A stretch of 32,000 nucleotides of DNA, taken from NCBI GenBank assembly GCA_030595715.1, contig JAUVCN010000009.1:12035-44034 (forward strand), written 5' to 3'. Source of the stretch: Thermoplasmatales archaeon (GTDB taxonomy: Archaea; Thermoplasmatota; Penumbrarchaeia; Penumbrarchaeales; Penumbrarchaeaceae). Shown here piece after piece: positions 26,485-32,000 of this stretch (the stretch's first letter is position 1; every line of letters starts with the position of its first letter). Below the pieces are notes generated by a model. The model ran no database searches, was not told the DNA's origin, and saw nothing but the letters and a program-made list of their open reading frames with translations. The translations under genes and the position numbers were made by a program.

Positions 26485-28359
26485 TTAAAAGGTCATGTTC
26501 AGCTCGTATACTCCTTCCGAAATCTTTGTCTGGATGTGGAAACCCATGCTCTTGAAAAGATGCATCATAGGTTGGTTGTTCGATAGGACCTCTGCAGTGA
26601 ATCCCAGAAGCCCCTGTTTCTTTGCCAGAGTGGTAAGATATTCCAGCATTACGGTTCCTATTCCATGGTTCTGGTACTCGTCAAGGACCACCAGTGCAAC
26701 CTCTGCAGAATGGCTTCTCTCGTCTATGCCGTACTGTCCTATGCCGTAGACGATCTCCTTTTCTTTATTCCCGTTGGTGACAAGTATGACCTTTTCTCTG
26801 GTGTTGTCGATGATGACGAATTCCTGCAGCCTCTCATGTGGGATGTGTTTCCTCACGGAGATGAACCTCTTGTAGATGCTGGAATCGGAAAGTGAATAGA
26901 AGAAATCCTTTACCATCGGTTCATCGCTGATCCTCACCGGCCTCATCACAACCTTCATTCCTCTGGATGTGGTTCTGTAGATCTCCAGGTCCTCTGGATA
27001 TTCTCCTCTCTTTCCCGGGATGAAAGCCTGGTCCTTGTAGATGAGTCCCTTGCTCTTTGCTTCCTTGATCAGCCATGGTCTGAACTTGGGATGCGCGATG
27101 GCGATGAGGTCCATTGCCCTCTCTCTTATGTTCTTTCCGTGTATGTATGCGATCCCGTATTCGGTCACTACATAGTGTATGTCGCCCCTGTTCAGTGTCA
27201 CTCCTGCTCCTTCTTCCAGGAATGGGACTATTCTGGAAATCGTATCACCCTTCGCAGTTGATTTGAGTGTGAGTATGGTCTTGCCTTTCTTGGCAAGCAC
27301 GGACCCTCTCATGAAATCCGCCTGCCCTCCTATCCCACTGTAGAATGTGCTCCCGATGGATTCAGCGGATGCCTGCCCGGTCAGATCCATCTGAAGTGCA
27401 CTGTTGATGGCCGTGATGTTGTCGATCTGTGCGATGGTGATCGGATTGTTGGTGTAATCTATGGGTCTGAACTCTATCATGGGATTATCGTGGACGAACT
27501 CGTAGGTTTCCTTGTTACCCATACAGAATGTTGCAACTGATTTCCCCCTGTTGATGGGTTTTTGGGTGTTATCTATGACCCCTTTCTTTATTAAATGGAC
27601 AATGCCGTCTCCGAAAAGCTCGGTATGGATGCCAAGATGCTTCTTCTGATCGAGGTGCGATAATATCGCGTTGGGCATGCTACCGTATCCTACCTGGATA
27701 GTGTCGCCGTCCTGCACTATCTTTGATACGTATTTTCCGATCCTCATGGCTATTCTGTCATCCACCAATGGTTCGTATTCAAGAAGGGGTTCGTCGTGAT
27801 GGATGATGTAGTCTATGTCCCTGATATGGAGGAATGTATCTCCATGGATCCTTGGCATGTTCGTGTTGACCTGTGCGATTACCAACGAAGCCTGTTCTAT
27901 TGCTGCCTTAATGATGTCAACGGAGATGCCCAGGCTCATGTATCCATTTTTATCAGGGGGTGATAGCTGTATGAGTGCAACATCAACCTCCACGAACCCC
28001 TTTCGGAGCAACTCGGGTATCTCCGATAGGAATATGGGTGTGTAATCTGCAATACCGTTGTTGACGGCTTCTCTGGTGTTCTCTCCAACAAAGAAGGAAT
28101 TGTGGCGGAAGTTTGTCTTGAACTTCTCATCGGTATATGGGGCGACACCAAGCGTCCATATGTGGAAGATCTCGGTATCGAAGAAGGCCTTGGGATGCTT
28201 GCTGACGTAATCGACCAATGATCTGACGAGATACTGGGGTTCAGAACAGGCAGTGCTGATGAAGATGCGGTCCCCGCGGTGTATGTTGGAAAATACCATG
28301 TCCTCCGATACGAATTTTTCGGGATATTGGGTTCGGAGCTTTCCCAGATCTTCCGCCAC
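26485..28359 (-). CDS. acetyl-CoA hydrolase/transferase-family domain fused to a C-terminal Pat-type GNAT acetyltransferase
   Basis: CoA-transferase blocks GDRIFISTACSEPQYL and SGIGGQADFMRGS. C-terminal GNAT with RPVRISDEPMVKDFFYSLSDSSIYKRF and AEVALVVLDEYQNHGIG (QxxGxG). The start is uncertain: GTG 28359 is preferred and ATG 28299 is an alternative. The ORF-track start at 28527 runs into AT-rich repeat/promoter DNA. Confidence 0.8.
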   Translation of the reverse strand: MAEDLGKLRTQYPEKFVSEDMVFSNIHRGDRIFISTACSEPQYLVRSLVDYVSKHPKAFFDTEIFHIWTLGVAPYTDEKFKTNFRHNSFFVGENTREAVNNGIADYTPIFLSEIPELLRKGFVEVDVALIQLSPPDKNGYMSLGISVDIIKAAIEQASLVIAQVNTNMPRIHGDTFLHIRDIDYIIHHDEPLLEYEPLVDDRIAMRIGKYVSKIVQDGDTIQVGYGSMPNAILSHLDQKKHLGIHTELFGDGIVHLIKKGVIDNTQKPINRGKSVATFCMGNKETYEFVHDNPMIEFRPIDYTNNPITIAQIDNITAINSALQMDLTGQASAESIGSTFYSGIGGQADFMRGSVLAKKGKTILTLKSTAKGDTISRIVPFLEEGAGVTLNRGDIHYVVTEYGIAYIHGKNIRERAMDLIAIAHPKFRPWLIKEAKSKGLIYKDQAFIPGKRGEYPEDLEIYRTTSRGMKVVMRPVRISDEPMVKDFFYSLSDSSIYKRFISVRKHIPHERLQEFVIIDNTREKVILVTNGNKEKEIVYGIGQYGIDERSHSAEVALVVLDEYQNHGIGTVMLEYLTTLAKKQGLLGFTAEVLSNNQPMMHLFKSMGFHIQTKISEGVYELNMTF

Positions 28360-28456
28360 TTTCTTTCTGTTCGTACCATCACATCCGCCTAGGGACAATG
28401 ATAAGTATATAACGGAACTATTAAAAACTTGCCATCTATATGTGTCATATGATTTT

Positions 28457-28511
28457 ATTATTACGATTATTTGTAACATATGGTAATTATTATAACGATT
28501 ATTTGTAACAT
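28457..28511. promoter_or_regulatory. perfect 17-nt direct repeat (ACGATTATTTGTAACAT) with 32-nt period, upstream of the acetyl-CoA operon
   Basis: Copies at 28463-28479 and 28495-28511. Both are preceded by ATTATTA-type sequence. They lie roughly 100-150 nt upstream of the preferred GTG start at 28359. Confidence 0.5.
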
Positions 28512-28688
28512 GATGTGAATCATTCATAATTGCTGTAAATATGCCGATAAAACGTAATGTCTCAAAATATGTCAGAATGGTGTTACATATTAAGGGTGAT
28601 AAGGGCGATTATCTATTGTAATGTCACACTGATGTGGAACATAGATTGATAATGGTCCCGATGTATGGGGTATGTGGAGGGAAACCAA

Positions 28689-28826
28689 ATGGAAACGACC
28701 CCTGTTATTGACACGAAATATGAGAGAGTTATAATCGATTCCTCGGGGATCGATGAGAAGAAGATGAAGAAGCTCTTCCAGCTGCTTTTCAGAGAAAGGA
28801 TCCCCATATCATACGAGCAGTATTGA
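28689..28826 (+). CDS. possible small protein (45 aa), unknown function
   Basis: ATG at 28689 with GGAGGG 8 nt upstream. Translation METTPVIDTKYERVIIDSSGIDEKKMKKLFQLLFRERIPISYEQY, stop TGA at 28824-28826. Too short to appear in the ORF track. It is antisense to the track's 75-aa TTG-start ORF, which has a low-complexity composition. Confidence 0.35.
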   Translation: METTPVIDTKYERVIIDSSGIDEKKMKKLFQLLFRERIPISYEQY

Positions 28827-28959
28827 TCCACATCCCGCAAGATCGATGCTTTGCTTCCTCATGGGGGGCCTTATTTCATTTCCTATCGATATTCTCAATT
28901 ATCATTTTACTGGATTCATGGTCAGTTTTTCGATAGTGGAATCATCGGGTCCTTCGAGG

Positions 28960-30984
28960 TCAAGCGATCGCTTCTTCCGCTTTCATTTTATTTTCATGGG
29001 TCCCTTTCTTGATATCTGTCTCCTTGATGCCATCGAATATCTTCCCCCTCATCCGGGAAGCTGCATCGTTCATCTCTCCCATCTCCACCATGTCCACTCC
29101 CATCTTTTCGGACATGAGAAGCAGCATCAGGTTCTCGAAGGCGGAGAAATTCCCATCCCCTCCCTGCCCGTTGACAACCATCCTCGGAACAATGTCCACA
29201 CCAGAGTTCTCCACTGCCTGTGAGAACCTCTCCATTGTCTGCTGGAGGACCTGGAACTTCGGTCCGCCATATGCCCTTACCTGCTCCTCGATGGCAATTG
29301 CCTTTGCAATGCCGATCCTTGCCTCCCTTTCCGCGTCTGATTCGGCAATGGTCTTTATCTTCTTCGAATCCTCGATCGCTCTCTCGTATCCTGCCCTTCC
29401 TGCATTCCTCTCGATCGCGATCGATATCTCCGATTCGGTCAGCACCTCCTGTTTCTTCGCCTTGGCCCTTGCCTCGTTGAGCTCCCTTTTCTTGATGGAC
29501 GCTTTTTCCTGTCTATCGAATGTCTCTATCTGCTCTTTCGCGATCTGCCTTTCCCTTAGTTGGACAAGGATCTGTTCTATCCTTCCGTCGTTCGCCGATG
29601 ATGATGGAGTTCCAATAAGGACCTCTTCAAGTTCAAGGTCATAATGGAGGAACTTCTCCTTCATATCGTTCGAGGCCTGCTTCTGGATGTCGCTCCTCTC
29701 GTGAATGAGTTCAATAACGGTCCTAACCTGCCCTATGTTCTTGAAATAGGCTGCTACCATGGGATCGAGCGTCTGGTCCACCAGCTTCTTGACATCACCG
29801 AACCTTTGTATGACGAGTGGTGCCTTCCTGTAGTCTATATGGATGACAACGGAGAGCGGAAGCTCCGGCTCGAAAGCATCTTTCGTTATCAGGTCCACTG
29901 CCGAGAGGTTCTCATCGAGCTTATGGTTCCCTATCTCGTTCTTGATCCATTTCAGGACGATATTGGTAGTGGGTACAAGGATCACTTTCCCTGCATATGT
30001 GTTGAAAGCATATTTACCCGGCATGAGGGGGTTTTTCCAGACTCCCTTGTGGCCTCTGTCCACCAGTTCTCCGTGCTTGTAATCGATTCCCGATGTGTCC
30101 GTTCCCCTGGTACCTATGTAGGATACGACCACACCTACATGTCCAACGGGAACAACTGTTTTTTGAATGATCTCGACGGTTGCAAAAAGACGGTTGATGA
30201 AGAATGTTCCGTCCACCAGCACCTGGTACTGTTTTCCTCTCTTCCCGTTTGCCGAAAGAAAGGATTCCGGATCCTGGAAATTATTGTGGTTGAGCTTCGA
30301 TCCCACATCGTTCACTCCCACAAGAGGAGCTATGATCTCCCCCGGTGGGAGGGAGGGCCCATCATGGACCGTAACTATCCCGATGAGGTCGTGTTTGCCC
30401 TTTATCACAACGGGTTTGAATCCATCCCTGGCCTTGATGCTCTCCCTCATCCTCTTGAATTTCCTGTCATCCTCTCTGTCTATCTTCAGATAGTAGATGT
30501 CATCTTCAAGGATCACCACGAACTGTGCAAGATTGATCGCATAGGTCCCCTCTCTCAGGATGCCTCTTTGGGGTCCTCTCTGTCCTCCATTTTTCAGGAA
30601 TCCTTTGACATATTGAAAATTCCTGGAACCCTTGACCACGCTTCCCAGCGTCTGTTTTGGACCAAGTGGTACACCATCCCTTGCAAAGATGTATGCGACC
30701 TGCCCCTGGGGTACGGTCACCAGTGGGACCTTGTGCACTCCATATTTCAGGGGACTTCTGAAATGTATACCGCCCCTGAGCACTTCCGGTTGGAAACCTG
30801 CTTCCCCATTCAGTGCGATCATCCTATCCTTCAAAGAACCTGCTGTCGACCATTTCATCTCGACAACCGCACACTTGGTGTTCGGGATCAATCTGAAACC
30901 TGTGGCCCATAGAGCTATCAGGATCAGAATTGGTGTGATGAGAAGAAATAGAACGACCGCTCCGATGAATGCTCCCATTATCAT
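28960..30984 (-). CDS. SPFH/band-7 flotillin-like membrane protein (YqiK-like)
   Basis: N-terminal TM GAFIGAVVLFLLITPILILIALW, SPFH-like core, and a long Glu/Ala/Lys/Arg-rich coiled-coil (LRERQIAKEQIETFDRQEKASIKKRELNEARAKAKKQE...). The ATG at 30984 follows GAGGTG with a 6-nt spacer. The ORF-track GTG is at 30993. Confidence 0.75.
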   Translation of the reverse strand: MIMGAFIGAVVLFLLITPILILIALWATGFRLIPNTKCAVVEMKWSTAGSLKDRMIALNGEAGFQPEVLRGGIHFRSPLKYGVHKVPLVTVPQGQVAYIFARDGVPLGPKQTLGSVVKGSRNFQYVKGFLKNGGQRGPQRGILREGTYAINLAQFVVILEDDIYYLKIDREDDRKFKRMRESIKARDGFKPVVIKGKHDLIGIVTVHDGPSLPPGEIIAPLVGVNDVGSKLNHNNFQDPESFLSANGKRGKQYQVLVDGTFFINRLFATVEIIQKTVVPVGHVGVVVSYIGTRGTDTSGIDYKHGELVDRGHKGVWKNPLMPGKYAFNTYAGKVILVPTTNIVLKWIKNEIGNHKLDENLSAVDLITKDAFEPELPLSVVIHIDYRKAPLVIQRFGDVKKLVDQTLDPMVAAYFKNIGQVRTVIELIHERSDIQKQASNDMKEKFLHYDLELEEVLIGTPSSSANDGRIEQILVQLRERQIAKEQIETFDRQEKASIKKRELNEARAKAKKQEVLTESEISIAIERNAGRAGYERAIEDSKKIKTIAESDAEREARIGIAKAIAIEEQVRAYGGPKFQVLQQTMERFSQAVENSGVDIVPRMVVNGQGGDGNFSAFENLMLLLMSEKMGVDMVEMGEMNDAASRMRGKIFDGIKETDIKKGTHENKMKAEEAIA

Positions 30985-31145
30985 TTTTGACACCTCACTT
31001 TTCAGATGAAGTGTTTGACTTGTTGTATATAACCGGTTTTTGAAACATAAAGAAGATTTTAAACTATAATTTCTGTTATAATTCAGACTAATTCTCTTGC
31101 CTGTACAATTTATGGTTATTTATATCTATAATGTGGGGGTTGGAC

Positions 31146-32000
31146 ATGGGGGATATTATGAAGAAGAGAAGAGGCAAACAGCCGATCAAACCGGATATCG
31201 AAGAAGCCTTGAAGGAGAGGTTGGTCTATCTAAAAGGGGTTCAAGGGTCCACCATGAACATACCGATAATCTACAGGAGGACCTTCAACTGGGAATCCGA
31301 TTCCATCATCTTCAAACCGATCAACAAAAGGGCATTTGTTGTCTATCGCTCCGATCTCGAGGATGAGGATATCGATCCGGATAATTTTGTCATCAGGAAA
31401 CTGGATATCGGGAAACTTCCCTGGTATCCAAGCGGTAGGGTCGAAGCAGATGACAGGGACCGTTCCCGGAAAGAAGAGCTGAAGGAGATGCTGGTATCCC
31501 TGTCATTGACGGACAGGTTCGTCCATGTCGATGTATCCAAACCGGATGATATGGATCTTCAGGTATGTTTGAGGGATGATCTGGAATCCCTTTCGGGAGA
31601 ACTCGGTTATTCCTATTCCACGATTCCGGATGCATACAGGTGCACCTTCCAGTTTCCACGACATACCAATGAGCAGATGGTGAATCGTTCGGTATCTGTC
31701 CTGCGGTCCACGATGAAACTCCTCAGGGGTTTTATCGAGGATTTCCTCGATCTTTCATGTAACGGGGCAAAGGAGAGACTGGAAGAGATCAGATATTCGG
31801 TGGAGATGGCAGAGGTCAATATGGATCGGATCTACACGAACGCTCTCAATGTTCATTGGGACCTGCCCCAGATAGAACCGGCTGGATTCTTCCTGATATC
31901 ACAATCGTGCGAACGGTCCCATGATGAAATAGAATATCTTGTTGACTGCTCCTTGGAGGTGTTGGACCTTCTCGACTGCTCGGATGATAATGATGTGATG
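31146..32000 (+). CDS. hypothetical protein, 3'-partial (runs off the window)
   Basis: I translated this open frame by hand from the ATG at 31146 (MGDIMKKRRGKQPIKPDIEEALKERL...) to the window end without meeting a stop (285 codons). It is absent from the ORF track, presumably because it has no stop. An alternative ATG is at 31158. No recognised motif. Confidence 0.6.
   Translation, partial: MGDIMKKRRGKQPIKPDIEEALKERLVYLKGVQGSTMNIPIIYRRTFNWESDSIIFKPINKRAFVVYRSDLEDEDIDPDNFVIRKLDIGKLPWYPSGRVEADDRDRSRKEELKEMLVSLSLTDRFVHVDVSKPDDMDLQVCLRDDLESLSGELGYSYSTIPDAYRCTFQFPRHTNEQMVNRSVSVLRSTMKLLRGFIEDFLDLSCNGAKERLEEIRYSVEMAEVNMDRIYTNALNVHWDLPQIEPAGFFLISQSCERSHDEIEYLVDCSLEVLDLLDCSDDNDVM

Noticed and set aside
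28360-28527. N-terminal 56 codons of ORF 26485..28527
   Set aside because: The translation (MNDSHHVTNNRYNNYHMLQIIVIIKSYDTY...) comes from AT-rich DNA that contains the 17-nt direct repeats. Homology to CoA-transferases starts only near EKFVSEDMVFSNIHRGD.
29009-30912. 211-aa and 422-aa plus-strand ORFs
   Set aside because: Both lie antisense within the flotillin-like gene. Their composition is low-complexity and Ser/Cys/Pro-rich, and they have no RBS. They are shadow ORFs.

Overview
Dense, probably archaeal chromosomal segment (euryarchaeal, Thermoplasmata- or methanogen-like). Supporting this: an HTH_10/Bat-type regulator, an FmdE-family protein, an ADP-forming acetyl-CoA synthetase, an eIF-2B-family protein, TATA-like boxes about 25-30 nt upstream of genes, oligo-T stretches after genes, GGTG/GGAGG ribosome-binding sites, and many TTG/GTG starts with 4-nt gene overlaps. 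I support about 28 protein genes and one tRNA-Val(UAC). I found no rRNA, CRISPR array, transposase or integrase.

Gene content, in order:
- a short-chain L-threonine dehydrogenase-like SDR;
- a MacB/FtsX-type ABC exporter next to a large membrane-spanning propeller-plus-winged-helix protein;
- an FmdE-led FecB/FecCD/FepC-type ABC importer operon;
- a winged-helix / YwgA-Panacea-like / MazF trio;
- bioY and birA with a clear BirA-type operator;
- a TetR plus ABC-2 efflux operon;
- a membrane DnaJ-type zinc-finger protein;
- an ATP-cone protein;
- an eIF-2B-like isomerase and msrA;
- a three-gene acetyl-CoA operon (CoA-transferase fused to a Pat-type GNAT, ADP-forming ACS, and the DRTGG N-terminal module of Pta);
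- a flotillin-like SPFH protein;
- a partial unknown gene at the right edge.

Most worth a second look:
1. the non-canonical three-gene MazF module in an AT-rich islet (13080-14268);
2. the domain-shuffled acetyl-CoA / Pat-GNAT operon, with perfect 17-nt direct repeats upstream (23311-28511);
3. the ORF-free array of tRNA-3'-end look-alikes, hairpins and a 125-bp tandem duplication after tRNA-Val (1976-2460);
4. a 750-bp ORF-poor gap with long perfect helices framed by a TATA-like box and a T7 run, a candidate unclassified ncRNA (19300-19650).

All family assignments come from motif recognition by eye. No searches or composition calculations were run.
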